From the NCBI GenBank assembly GCA_051362555.1, contig CM120640.1, positions 54,848,788 to 54,912,787 of the forward strand: a stretch of 64,000 bases of DNA. Direction: 5' to 3'. The notes beneath the pieces were generated by a model. It ran no database searches. It was given only the letters and a program-made list of their open reading frames with translations, and had not been told where the DNA came from. The DNA is from Lingula anatina (taxonomy: Eukaryota > Animalia > Brachiopoda). Of this stretch, positions 27,701 to 41,081 are shown one piece after another. The translations under genes were made by a program, and so were the position numbers. Position 1 is the first letter of the stretch, and every line of letters begins with the position of its first letter.

Positions 27701-29673
27701 TTATTGTGAGTAGAAATTATGCTATTGTGTTAAGTTAAACTGCAGTGTTGGATCGGTTACAGTGGGCTATTTAAAAGAATATTTCCCTTCTGGATCACTT
27801 TTTCCCCACATTAAAACTTCACTTATATATCAGTACAAATGTTAACCAAGAATGATGACAAAAAGGGGAATTCTTCCCTTTTTTCAATTCATTTTATTAT
27901 GCATGAAGAGTTGAAAAAAATAAGGGATTTGGAAATACAGACACCCACAAAAGATTATAAATGAAATAAATATTGCGAAGTTGCCAAATGTATTGGGTCT
28001 GAAATATCTGAAAATGACAAAAAGGGCAATTTTTCATTAAAACTATAAGTTTCAGACATTACTGTGTACAAATGACAGATTAAGCTTGTAATCAATTGTA
28101 TGATTTATTATGAGCTTAAAGTGTGTGGTTTTATGCTGGGTAATTTCCTGTCACTCATAATCCATCTGACTGCAAACAGCAACGACAATCTCAAACCAGA
28201 AATATGTGTATATCATAGGCAGGAAGCCATTTGGGAGGTCTATATGCTATAACTATCTTGTGATTTGATAGTCTGTGTGTCAGATATAGAGTTATGTATG
28301 GAGAAGTTGCATAACTCTGACTGATATAACACTCTTAAAAGAAGGATCTGTTATTTAACTGGATTGGTGTGGGGATATTGTGTAGCAGAAAATGCGTACA
28401 AAATTGATCACATTCTTCCATGTTTAGATGCTGCTGTCGTGGCGCGAGTTTATGTTACAACATATGCTAAACATAAAACAAAATGTTAATGAGACATATT
28501 TTAAGATTTTTATTAAAAAAACTCATCATATGTTTTTTACAGATGACCCAAAAGATATATTATTGATTTTCATGCAAAAGAAATCATTAAGATCCATCAC
28601 AGGCATTTAGAGTAGAAGATTACATAATATAATGGGCATCATTAAAGTACCCCAGTATAATTGCAATCATAAACCCTTTGTAGAATTTATAGGTCCTTCC
28701 CTGCATAATCATATTTATATTAATCCAGTAATAAAGTTGTTTGCAAAACTAATCATTATACTTGTTCAATTCAATATTAACCTGTGATGAGGAAGATTTA
28801 AATTAAGCATGCATACCCTGGTGTAAATTACCAGTGTAACACAACGGGAGTCCCTTATTACCTGGTGTATCACAGAACACCTATGTTGGCAGGAGGGCTT
28901 ATTATTTACAGCAACACTATTTTGTTACACCTGTTCTTGGCCCATCAAGAGCTGTCGCAGCCTTGGCAGGGGTTGTGGAATGCCGGGTGGTACTTGATAT
29001 CTCTCCAGCCCATATCTTGATATTTAGGAACATTTCACTTATGCATCATCTTGTGACACATCATTGGAGGAAAAAGGAAGGCACTTATTCAGTCATCTCC
29101 TCATAAAGTACAGTACAGCTGGCCCAGCTTAAGATGCTTGAATGCTTGCCAGTGGTAGACAAAGATTATTTGGGGCCTGCCAGTTAGAATATTAATTCCA
29201 TTGAGAAATACAACCCTAAGTGGAGTAAATACTTTTGCTTTGGGAGGTGTACAAGAGCGCTGTTCTGTGCCTGTGGTGACAGCTAATGGAGAGTCACTGA
29301 GTTGTATACTTTCCTGGCTCTGTGGCAATTTACTGGTTGGCAGACTTTCAGAGATTGGTAGAGAGTTTGGTCAAGGGAGGACAGTTATGTGACAGATCAT
29401 GATGCTGTGTTTGAGAAATTAGCTGGCAGATTACTCTGTAAGTGGAGTCAATTCTTGCAGATGTATGGGTTCATTCTTGTGTGGGAGACATTACTCATAT
29501 CAGTGTGTGGTGGTTATAAGATTGGAATTATAATGCAACTGGACTGCCAGGCTGCGTATGTTATAATGAAAAGTGAATATGTTCACAGATAAAAAAGTGT
29601 GCTAAATGTATTCATTTGAGACAAAATATTTTCATTTTGTGATTTTTTAGGAATCAGTTGAAGAATAGGCAGA

Positions 29674-30565
29674 ATGGCACATTTCTGTGGTGGTTTCTGT
29701 GGCAGCAGATGGAGCAGGAAAAAGAAATTTTCTGAAGAAGGTGAGGAAATAGCTTGAAGGTTTTAGCTTTGAAGATATGAAGTGAAGTTATATGATGAAT
29801 GCTGCTTGAATTGTTCATTTGGTGTTTATTATGAATGACACTTTAATTTCTAAATGAAATAACATTCATTATCACATACATATATTTGTAATGAAAATCT
29901 TAATTTGACATTTTTTTTCGAGTTTTGTATTGGTGGTAATGAGATGAGATGGAGGAGCACTTACTGACCCACTGGGGACCTTCTGTCAGCATGAGTCAAA
30001 TTTTAGGATTTTTGTTTTATGTTTTGTCTCAATACGAGATCCTCACTGGACAGAGGTTCCCACCTCCCTGTTGATGTTACATTAATTGTACTTTATTTTT
30101 GTATTTATGGCACCTGACTGTGAACATAACATATATTCTATTTGGTTTGAAATATGACGTTATGTCAGTCTTCATTTTATAACCTCTTTGCTGACTGGAA
30201 TCACCACCGATTCATTAAAGAATAATGGGAGAAACCTTGCTTATGTCTGAGAATTTGGTTTATTTTTATTTAAACTTGATCTGGCATGAGTATGGGTGTA
30301 TCTTAGAGGGAACAAGTTTAGGTGAATGGCTGTCGGAAGGATATTGCAGAGTACACTTCTCTCCAACTGGGAAGTAGGGCTAAAACAGCACTGCTGATAA
30401 CTGACAGGATAACTAAGCAGATAGTGTCAGTGTAAGATATCAAATTGAATTAATGAAAGCTTATTTTCCAGCTTCATATTTTGTTTTCAGTTAAATGTTA
30501 TAAGCTGCTAGTAGGGGTACTAATACATGTAAGGTCAACTGATTGTAGGTATGGTTCTGTGTGTT

Positions 30566-30636
<71 letters not shown>

Positions 30637-33600
30637 GAGAGAGAGAGAGAGATAAAGAAAGAGTTAGATGTCACTGAACAGTCTGTGATGGGTCATTAAT
30701 GTAAGAAGCTCATCTACATCCATCTGTCACATTTTAAATGAAACATTTATGATCCTTGGCCTGGCCACAAACATTTCATCATTCCCATCTGTAAAAGTCA
30801 TTTTAATGGTGAAAAGCAAACAAAGAAACATATAAATGGTATTTTTCAAATCTTTTCATTTGTTTTCGCCAATGACAAATTTTGCCAAAACTGTTCAAGG
30901 CTTTTAAGGTAGGTGTTGTTTTCAAGGTAAAAAACGATGTGATCAGCATAAGAGAAATAAAAAGCACAAAATTGACAAAAACATTGCAAAACTGTAGAAG
31001 GAAAATAATTCAAAGCCACAATTGGAGAAGAAATTTAATCTAGTCCCCTACAAGGAGTAAAAGAAATAAAAGTTTTAAAACACTTCACAGATGAGAAAAA
31101 AACAAAAGAAACAGATTAATGTAGCAAGAATGAGGACGAGGAAAGAATTCGGGCCTGCAGACATTTTTGAGAGCATCTCAGGGCATATTGCATATTTCCA
31201 GACAGGATCATTGTGCTTTCTCCACTTTCACCAGGGCATCAGTTCTCTGGAAATCCAGCTGTGAATCATCCTAGGTGCCAACTAGTGACAGTGGCGACCA
31301 TTTAACATAAAATAAGTTTTCCTCTGGGGTTTTTTGAAGTGTCATTTTTAATTTGTTAAATCTTAAGGGATGCCCTACTTTTTTATGGCCAGTTTTCTAT
31401 AGGTACCATCCTTTAGTGTAATAAATGTCAACTTCTAACAATTTTTGGGTGGAAGGTTGATGGGAAAATTCAACTTCTCAAATACCGGTAGTATATAATT
31501 TTTTTTCTGGGCCATATGACTGTTGTATACATTTTCTATATTAATTTTTTTGTTTTTTTGCAAGTCATTATATTATATGTAGACCTCTGCCTCCTTTTGC
31601 TTGCACATGATGCAATACAAGTATTAAGAAACTCTTTTTGCTTAGCACACTTGAGCAACTTTTAAAGAATTTGAATAATATTTGATTTATTTTTCTTACA
31701 TTTTACACTAATATTACATTTATTTCTTGAATTCATTTAGCTATGTAATACATAAAAGAGTATATTAAGTTAAATAAAAACAACCACAATAATAATAAGA
31801 CAAAATAGAAAAAAAATGAACTGCAAGATTATTTCTGTAGGAGCTTGCAAATGGAAAAGTAAATTTCACAGTGTTGCAAGCAAAATTTCTTCAGGGTTAC
31901 ATTAGAATATTGATTTCAGGAATCGAGACAAACAAATTTCTTGGTTTTCAGGTTTTTGATGAACCTCGTTTGAATATTTGACTTAAATCCAAGATGCCAA
32001 AGCTAGGAGTTGAGCATTTGGGAACAAATGCAGAAACAAAATAATTACTCAAAAAATGTGTAATATTGTAGGGTACCAACAACAGGAATTTTATAAGCTA
32101 GCAAACAGTTTGATTTGCAGAGGATGTTTTCCATGGAGGTTGAAAATAAACATCACACCACACTTTTGTAACTGCAATAACGAATCTTGGTTAAATGCAA
32201 ACAAATAGTAAGAATAACAATAAAAACTACATTTTCTACATTCTTAGCATTTCATCCTTTCTTACAGGCAAACCTAAAAAGGCCAACAAGAGATGGTCAG
32301 ACATTTTCCAGACTTCAGTGAACTCTTCTTCAGATTCAGAAGAGATACCTGAAACAAATGAGAATGAAAGAAATGAGATGAACTCAAAGAAAGCTGAGGA
32401 AAAATCTAAAGATGATAATGAACCTGTCAAGAAAGTTGAAAAAGAGGTAATGTATTTGTGAGATGACCAACTAATTTTTAATCTTGTGCCATTATCAGGG
32501 GTAGATGGAAGCCATCTTCTAGGTCTTCTGGAAGATTGTCAGAATTTTCAAGTGTACATTGACGGCATCTACTTTCTGTTGGAAGACGGATAAAAATGGG
32601 GGATGGCTCAACAAAGGTGATTTGAAAGACTGTCAAAAAATATATCTGGATCCGCCTCTGCCACATAAAAAGAAAAGAAACAGATAGGATATCAAATAGG
32701 AAATTTGCAACATTATATTATGTTATGTTTCAGTTTATATATGGGATTTTCAAGTCATTGCCAGAGGGTGATTGAGGTTTGTTTATCTGTTTTCTTGTAC
32801 AATTAAATTGACATAGACTATATAAATTTGATAACATCAACTTTTGAATTAATATAATTTAAAACCTAAATCTTAAATGCACTTGTTTACAAGAAGAAAA
32901 AGCAGCTTATATGTTGACAAGATAATAATCATATGTTGAAGATATAAAACTAATAATAATGTGTAATTTTAAAAATACTTCAGTGTGTGAAATACTCCAT
33001 GTCTTCATGACGAACATATACATGTTAAGGTAAAGCAAACTAGCACAGACTTGTCAATGTAACTTGCAACACATGTACAGAATCTTGTTGATAATGACAG
33101 ATATTTATAATATTCATGATCCTCCTCAATATGTGCTTTTTACACTAAAATACAGACATGTATGTCAGTAAATACATGCACTATCAATCACATTAGGATG
33201 GTTGTATAAAATCTGGTCTTGTGAATTATTTTTATGGGTCATTCAATAGCATTTTTAAAAAGTAAAATGAATAAAGAAAATAATGTAATATAAATGAATA
33301 CATGTTGTCAAGACTATTATAAACATTTTGTTTCATATGAAAATTATTTGTATTTATGTTGTTTTTTAAATTAAGGACAAAATTCATCCCTCCATAAGGG
33401 CCCCTACACATATAAAGGAATGTGAAAAAATTGTACGGGAACTTTTTGTCAATATTTGGCAGTACCTATAGTTAGCTTATTTAGCATAAGGCAGAGCATA
33501 GTTCTCACCACTTTGGCATTTAATCAGCACAAAGATAGATGCATTATTGAATAATAAGATGCAGGAAAAAACTCATTTTTGATATCTGGATGATAATGAA

Positions 33601-36560
33601 GGGTTACAACATCCTTAATTAATATTGATGAAAATGTCTATGCATGTGTACAAGCCAGTTGATTATTGAAATATATAGAATGTTAAGGATGTGTGTGTTA
33701 ATGCCCCCGTCACACTAGAGGCGGAATGAGCAAGAATGCCATCGGAAAGACAATTCTTTGTGCGCTCCTGGATATTCGAAGAGCATTCTAAAAATTCCGA
33801 GTGCATTCTAAATATTTTTACCCATTCTTGTGGCATCCCGAATGTTTTTGTCATGTCCAAGTGGAAATTTATCGAATGGCATTTGAACAGTATTCTAACT
33901 GCACTATGACTGCGTTCTAAATATTCTCACGGCATTCCGACAGCATTCGAAACATTCTGATCATATTAGAGAAATATTGAAATTGACAAGTGACTTAAAG
34001 CCCCCGTCAAACTTATTTGAAATCAGTAGGAATCAAGCCGGAATTACTAAATTAAAAAATTCGTACCATATTCGGGAGGGAATTTCAAATTATCATAAAA
34101 TATTACGGCTTTGTAAGAATGCCTTTGGAATACTAAGAATGCACATCGAACCTGCCTGGAATGATTCTTGCACATTCCAGGTATATTACCTCTCAAATGC
34201 AGCTCGAATGTAGTTGGAATACTGTAGGGATATTGCGATGAATTCCCTCTTGGAATGCACTTCGAAAGTTTTTTACATGACAAAAACATTCGAGCCGACC
34301 ACAAGAATGGGTAAAAATATTTGGAATGCACTCAGAATTTTTTGAATGATTTTTGGAATGCTCTTCGAATATCCTGGAATGCACAAAGAATTGTATTTCA
34401 GAGGCCATTCTTAATCATTCTGCCTCTAGTGTGACGGGGATTTTATATCCCGCCAGAATGTTTCGAATGTGCCTCGGATGAGCTGAAATATTAATGTTGC
34501 CAGCAATCGAACTACACTAGTGCGCTGTTCAAAGTATATTCTAAATATTCTTACTGCCGTCTTACAGCATTATAAATATTCCTAGTTTTCCAACTACATT
34601 CGAACTGCTTTTGAGAGCTAATACAGTCGAAAGTGCACTCATCATTCCAGGCGAATTCAAGCGCATTCTGAGTATTCCAATGGTACTCTTACAATAATTA
34701 AGGTCAATTTGAAATTTTTCCCCGAATGTGGTGCAAATTTTAAAAATTCTTTGTTCAGGCTCATTCTTCTTGATTCCTGCTGATCCTGAATAAGTGTGAC
34801 GGGGGGTATTAGGTGGTCATACCAAGGAAAACTTTTAAAAGACTGATAAAGTTGATCAATCACAGTCTCATATTATTCATACATTGTTAGCAGTGAAGTT
34901 TTATTTTAAGAGATGCTCATATTCTGAAAAATAGAGAAGAGAGAAGAGAAGAGGAGATTTTGTTTAATATCGTAGAGGGAAAATATTTTTCCTAGATTTT
35001 ATCTGTGTTCTTTGTTTTTAGGCCAAGAATCAAGCTAAAGACAAGCTAAAGAAGAGATCATCCTTTAGGAAAATGGATAAGAACCAGAAAAACAAAAGCA
35101 AGTCAGACAAGGCTGAAAAATCTGTTCCCCTTTCAAATGAGCCAGCATCTGATGCAGAATGGCAGACAGTTCAGATCAGATTATCAAAGAGATACACCAA
35201 AGATAAAACAGAATTCGTAAGAAATGAAAAAGAAAATAACATAGATGAAACCCATCTTAATGGAAAAGATAATCCTGCTTTTATTAATACCTCTCCTGTT
35301 TTAATTACCAACAGTGATGCCAGGACCTCCCAGAGAAATAACAACAAAAACAAGAAAAATTCCAAGGATGATTCACCCTGTAGTCAAGAAACGCTCCCTG
35401 ACATGAACAGATCTCCTGAAATAACCAAGAAAGATCCCAAACATGATCTGGATTCTGGCTTTGTTGAGTTTGATCATACAGAAGTGGCATCATCTGAATC
35501 TGCCATTGAGGCTCCTCCATTAGCACAAAACTTGGTCCGCTTTAGTGCAGACCTGTTTGCTTCAGAGAAAACACTAGTTCATACAAGTCACAGTGCAGAT
35601 GACAGTGGTTACAATGGAGAAACAGGTTGGCAAAGTAACAGAATTAGCCAAGGAAACCATAGAAACAGTTGCCACAGGTACATAGACTATGTATGTATAC
35701 TTGAGAAAGCAACAGAGTTGCAACCTGCAAATTTGGAGATGGTGGTGGTAGAGGATTATGATCCTCCCCTTGATTGGGCAGCTAAAGATGAAGTAGCCAT
35801 TACCAAAGGAACCACAGTCACTGCCATGTACAGCCAAGGTGGTTGGCTTTTTGTAAAGCGTCATGATGACAAGAAGGGTTTTGTCCCTTACCGATCAGTA
35901 AGGATTTTAGAAAATGACAAGAAAAGTAACATTAAGTATGCAAGAGTCAATAAAAGTTGCCAGCAGAATGTTAGCAAGGTTCGCTTTCAGATTGTTAACT
36001 TAGAAAAGAAAGAAAAGCAGGTATATGCTGCAAATATATTGTCACATGGCCACACTGATCCTCTGTCAAATGAACTGGAAAATAGTTACGATGCTGATGT
36101 TTCCTATTCAGATGAGGAAAATGATCATTCAAATAATGAACCAAAGAGGTTCTACTATTATGATGATTTTGATCTCTTCAGAGATCAAAACGTCCAGAAA
36201 AGAGAGAAAGCATCTATGGCCAGAATTATCAGCGAGAGCAACATCTGCCAAATGGAAGCTGGAGCACGTGACCCAGTCTTTGTCCAATCAAACCTCAGCA
36301 TTAGCTTGCTTGAATTACAGGGGAATTTTAGCAAAGACTATGCAGGATCAGCTGTGACTGTCATTTGTAACTACAAGGCTGTCAATGAGAATGATATCAG
36401 TGTGGCTCGTAATAGTGTGGTTACGCTGCTCAATGATGAGGACCCAGACTGGGCCTGGATTATGAGAGAGGATGGGGAGGAGGGATTTATCCCAAAGAGC
36501 CACTTTGTTAACTTACAAGCCCTTAACTTAGATCCTAAAGTGCCAACTACATATTTTTAG
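29674..36560 (+). CDS. Two-SH3-domain protein, Dlish/Vamana-like, ~594 aa; exons 29674-29740, 32268-32446, 35022-36560
   Basis: SH3-1 MVVVEDYDPP...EVAITKG...GWLFVKRHDDKKGFVP; SH3-2 VICNYKAVNENDISVARNSVVTLLNDEDPDWAWIMREDGEEGFIP. N-terminus MAHFCGGFCGSRWSRKKK. Phases 1,0 are consistent; AATAAA at 37153. The Dlish resemblance is from recall. Confidence 0.85.
30568..30652. repeat. (TA)n followed by (GA)n microsatellite
   Basis: Direct observation. Confidence 0.97.
33557..33618. repeat. Short dispersed repeat family B (also ~39611-39659 and inverted ~47327-47387)
   Basis: Shared agatgcaggaaaaaa..ca.ttt....atct.gatga.aa...agggt; two copies end in ccttaa. Probably a DNA-transposon end. Confidence 0.6.
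33701..34808. mobile_element. Harbinger-like MITE containing an inverted copy of the same family (33998-34442)
   Basis: Outer ends tta|atgcccccgtcacac ... gtgtgacggggggta|tta; inner ends tta|aagcccccgtcaaac ... gtgtgacggggatt|tta. The inner element is in the opposite orientation. Confidence 0.85.
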
Positions 36561-38508
36561 AATAGTAGAACATTGATATCTAAAGTCCATAACTATGAAC
36601 TATTTTCTAGATTTTGTATAATTCAGAAAGTGCACCTTAATCAAATGCCTAAGCAACATATTTTCCATCTTAGAAGACTACAAAAACTAACTAATTGGCA
36701 TTAAGAATGCTACTGACCAGTCCAAAAATACATTAGGTGAAATGTTTAAAAACATGATTGAGATGATACATTTAATCATTTACATCATACAGTTTGATGA
36801 TACAATTCAGTGTGCATTCAGTTAGAATGACATACAGAAAAAGATGAAAATGGTAAATTTTACCACAAATTATAAAACTTGGTTGATAGTATGATCAATT
36901 CTATATTGTAAGATTTAACGTTGACACAGTCACATTATTGCAAAACTGCCTACAAGGAGTTCCCTACATGTATGTCTTGTGCAAAGAAGCATGAGATGTG
37001 GCAGATCCCATTATTTATTGACACAAATTTAAATTTTAGAGACAGATTTGCATATTCGTTATATATTCATTTATTTGCAGTAAACTGAAAATGCTAATAC
37101 ATTGTTGAAAAATATGGATTAAATGTAGTCTGTTTGACCAAAAAAGTTGAGCAATAAACAACAAATGTAAACTTCTAACATGTACTTTTCTTGTAGTTTC
37201 TCTGTCACTTGATACGGCATGTATATATATCTTTCTTTATTTATTTTCAGCACAACATTTCTTAAATAATAAAATATACTTAGTATGGTAAACTATTTTT
37301 TACTTATGCAACTAAATAAGAAGCAATATAAATTAAACTTTAATAGAAAGAGGTCTTCTTCAGAACTTGTTTAAAATCCAATGCTGATTACAACTAGAGG
37401 GAAACGTGCTCATCATTTTGAAAACTGAAACAAAAGACAAACAAAAAGAAAAACAATTTTTAAAAAAATGAAGATGCTTTAGAAAATGTAAGAAGAAAAA
37501 AATCCTTGGCCTAAAAATTGATGAACATCTCAGCTGAAATAAATAATTTACCAAGCTTGTAGAAAGATATGACAGCAAATTTTCTTTGAGGAAAAATTAG
37601 AACTATATATATAATATATATAATCAACAATCTACAAATGAATGCAATTAAAAAAGTAATACTTGCATATAAATGGCCTTACAACAAAATATGTCAAAGG
37701 TCTATTATGTACTGGGGTTAATATAGCACACTATCAGCAGAAATACTCGAACAGGTGCAATGGGCATTCTTTATATACCAAATATGGTTATAAAAAAATT
37801 TAACAAATAAATATAGTAAGTATGGAAAACCAAGAGAGTCTAGGGAATACGGCTAATTATTCAGAAGCAAATTTTCTTGGAAATATATAAATATATATTT
37901 ACCTCAACACCAGGAATGGCCTAGCTGAATCAACTGAATATACAAATATGACATGGAATTACAACCCCATTAAGGATATTGTCACCCTTCACCCAAAAAT
38001 CCTCATTTACTGCCTTACAGACATTCTTTTTGGTAATAAATAAAACTTCAGTGTACAGTGACTAAATTAATTAACATTTACACATGTCATCTTACATGTG
38101 ACGTCATAATTGTAATTTTGCAGTAAAAACTGAAAAATCGGTTTCTCAAATTTCTTGTTTTACCTAACACCCATGATAACTGTTTCAAAGCCGTTTTAAT
38201 GACACCATTTAGTACTCCTAGACCCTGCCAGCAATTTTTCTTAAAAGTCTTAGTTCAGATTTAATTGTTGTCTACCATAAATCAAAATAATGCCTTTGTT
38301 TAATAAAAACCTGTAATAAGGGGCTCATTACTCCATAACAAAAAACATTTAAACCAAAATGATGGCACGGAATTGTAGTCTGTACACTCCTGGTCAACTC
38401 TGCCAATTTTTGTGATAAAATCTTGTTCAGGGATGAAGTTAGGCTCTATATCAATTGTTATCTCACTTCAATATAGAAAGGTGTTAAATTTAGCTTAGGG
38501 TTGCCTAT

Positions 38509-39092
38509 GGCCGCATTCACATCGAGAAGAGCCGAGGCTAAACAAAGCCGAGACCGAAATATGGCGGACGTACATGAAAGGAAAACTGCCTAATCTTTTA
38601 ATAGTCTCTGTGCCTCTCACACGCCTCCCCACGTATCGTCCCTGTGGGGGCACAGTCATTTAATCTTGGCTCCATTTGCCCGGAAGCTACCTGAGAAATA
38701 TTAAGTGCGCATGCTCATCAATTAAACTCGAGGTGAAGAAAGCTAGCATATGGCCGTTGGAGGTGATCGAAGGAAAAAAGCTCTTCTGTTTTATTATCTT
38801 TCAAAACAGAGATGAAAAAGGAATGAATTGGCCCATACAGCAGCAATGAATTGGCTATCTACGGAGATAATGTCAGCTGACCCAAGATCAATGAGCATGC
38901 GTACTTAAATTTTCTTAGGTAGTTTCTGGGCCAATGGAGCCGAGATTTAATGACTGTACTCCCGCAAGGGTGGGAGGCGTGCGAGAGGCGGAGAGACTAT
39001 TAAAAGATTAGGCGGTTTTCCTTTTATGTACGTCCGCCATATTTAGATCTTGGCTTTGTTGAGCCTCGGCTCTTCTCGATGTGAATGCAGCC
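38509..39092. mobile_element. Foldback Harbinger/Tourist-like MITE with ~210-bp inverted arms
   Basis: GGCCGCATTCACATCGAGAAGAGCCGAGGCT... pairs with ...AGCCTCGGCTCTTCTCGATGTGAATGCAGCC; TAT TSD on both sides. Confidence 0.92.
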
Positions 39093-39148
39093 TATGCTTT
39101 TGCATTGCATATGCTTTTACATGAAAAAATATAAACGCCTATATTTTA

Positions 39149-40419
39149 CAGGGGCGGATCCAGGATTACTTGAAGGGGGGGGGGGGGTCTGTGGATGCGA
39201 AGCCGATCCTCCCCCCCCTCCAACTCAATTGGCGTGTTTTTGGTATTTTAGAGGGTGAACGGTGCCATTTGGTACAGTTTAGAACTATATGATTCAGCTA
39301 GTCAAAATTCTAATTTCAAGAGAGGACTATAAAACGAAGGGGGGGGGGGATCCCCCTGACCCCCCTTCATTATTGAATAATTAGACCCCATTTCCATAGA
39401 TTTTAGATCGATCTATCCCTGTGGGGAGTCTCACTAGATTACTGTCAGCTTAGTTGGCTTAAGCATCTGCCCCACCTACTGAAAGCTGTAAGGGAGTAAT
39501 TAACTGTGGTGCGCGCTCGGCTGACTGCAATTTAGCGTGAACCCCCAGGGAGTTAGGCCGATCTAAATATTAATCTCTGGATCGATCTTAATCTCTGGGA
39601 ATACACCCTTAGATGCAGGAAAAAAATCAGTTTCGGTATCTGGATGATAATAAAGGGTAATAAATGTAGTCCAATAATAACTAGTCATTAAGATTGTCCA
39701 TATATATATATATATATATGTAAATACATATTTATATATGTTAAATATAGCTCATTTTAAGTGAAATCGCCACAAGGAAAATTCTACCATATCACAGCTT
39801 CAAAAGACAAAAACACTGAAATCCTGTAAATAGCGCCAATTTAAATGTGCAAAGTGTGTGCATGGATTTTCAAACTTCGCTGGAATTTGGTCCACAATAT
39901 TTCTCATCATTAAAAAAAATTATCACAATATATGCGGTCGTTTTTATTAACATGACCAAGGAAGTAGAATTTACTCTGGTAAGCTTTTGAAGAGGCTGGG
40001 TATTGCCACAGTAGAATAATGATGTATTGTGTTAGTGAAGATTGGGGGAGATTCTGTAATCACTGCATGTTTGATATGGATACGGGTGTAGATTTTAAAA
40101 AAAATCGACCGACCCTGAATTGCATTCATCATTATACATTTTATGTATAGAAACCAAAAACAAGGAATTTTTAAAAAATAGTCAGATTAATCATACTGAA
40201 TGATCGAGTACGTTTTTTGTAACCGACTAATCAATAGATTTTGTCTTTTTTTTTGTGTGTGAATGGTCTAGAGCTTATCAGGGGTAGGGTTTAGAACTTT
40301 GGTAGGGTTTAAAACTATATGATTCAGCTAGTCAAAATTCTAATTTCAAGAGGGGACCATTGGTGTGATTATTTTCAGAAATCAACCCTCTGACGCCCCT
40401 CCCCCCAAATCCGCCCCTG
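39149..40419. mobile_element. hAT-type MITE cluster (CAGGGGCGGAT ... ATCCGCCCCTG) with an internal ~53-bp direct repeat
   Basis: 11-bp TIR pair at 39149 and 40409-40419. actatatgattcagctagtcaaaattctaatttcaagag occurs at ~39284 and ~40314. MITE A copy 3 lies between them. Confidence 0.6.
39384..39608. mobile_element. MITE family A, copy 3
   Basis: Same sequence family as 419-634; TTA on both flanks. Confidence 0.85.
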
Positions 40420-41081
40420 CTTATGTTTTAATTAAAATTTTCAGACCGACTTGTATTTTCATCACACAAAACATCGAAAAAAAAGAGAAAAAAGAAAGAA
40501 AGAAATACAAATCGGTAGTTTGATCTCAGGACCAAACAGTATACCCTATTGTATCCGAAAAATACCACAGAAATTCGATTAATATGACTGAAACACATAT
40601 ATATGCTGATCATAAAAACCACGACTAGCTGAAACCAAAGTAAAACAAAAATGTGCACGGTATCTCGATACATTAAACGTATAGGCTATATTTTATTTAT
40701 CTTGTATAGTTTGAACTAGACTTAATTTCGAACAGGACAGCGACGTCGTGGGCAGATACTGGATGTGATACTGTTTGAATGAGCTAGAGCCAGGGCACCG
40801 GCATTTTCCGCGGTTCGCTTACAACATCAAAAGTAGATTAACTATGAAGTGTCAAAATCACAGCAAATCACGAAAACTTTACTTCAATGTCCCCTAAGAC
40901 ATATTTATCTGATTTTTTTGCAATGCTTAATAATTTCAAATGCAAAAATTGTAAAAGAATTTAATTTACTTAAGCGGTATTGATCAGTCGACCTCATTTT
41001 GATATTCAATATGGTGGGGGAGAGGAAGAGAAAAATTTAAGATAAGATAATCGTTTTGCTGTTTTTGCTCTTCTGGAGGAT

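Noticed and set aside
25000-29650. Possible additional gene between the disordered-protein and SH3 genes
   Set aside because: Only short ORFs without motifs; donor-like sites near 26144 and 26227 may be 5'UTR exons of the SH3 gene but cannot be supported.
37966-38490. TE-like segment starting ttaagg
   Set aside because: No matching opposite terminus or TSD could be identified.
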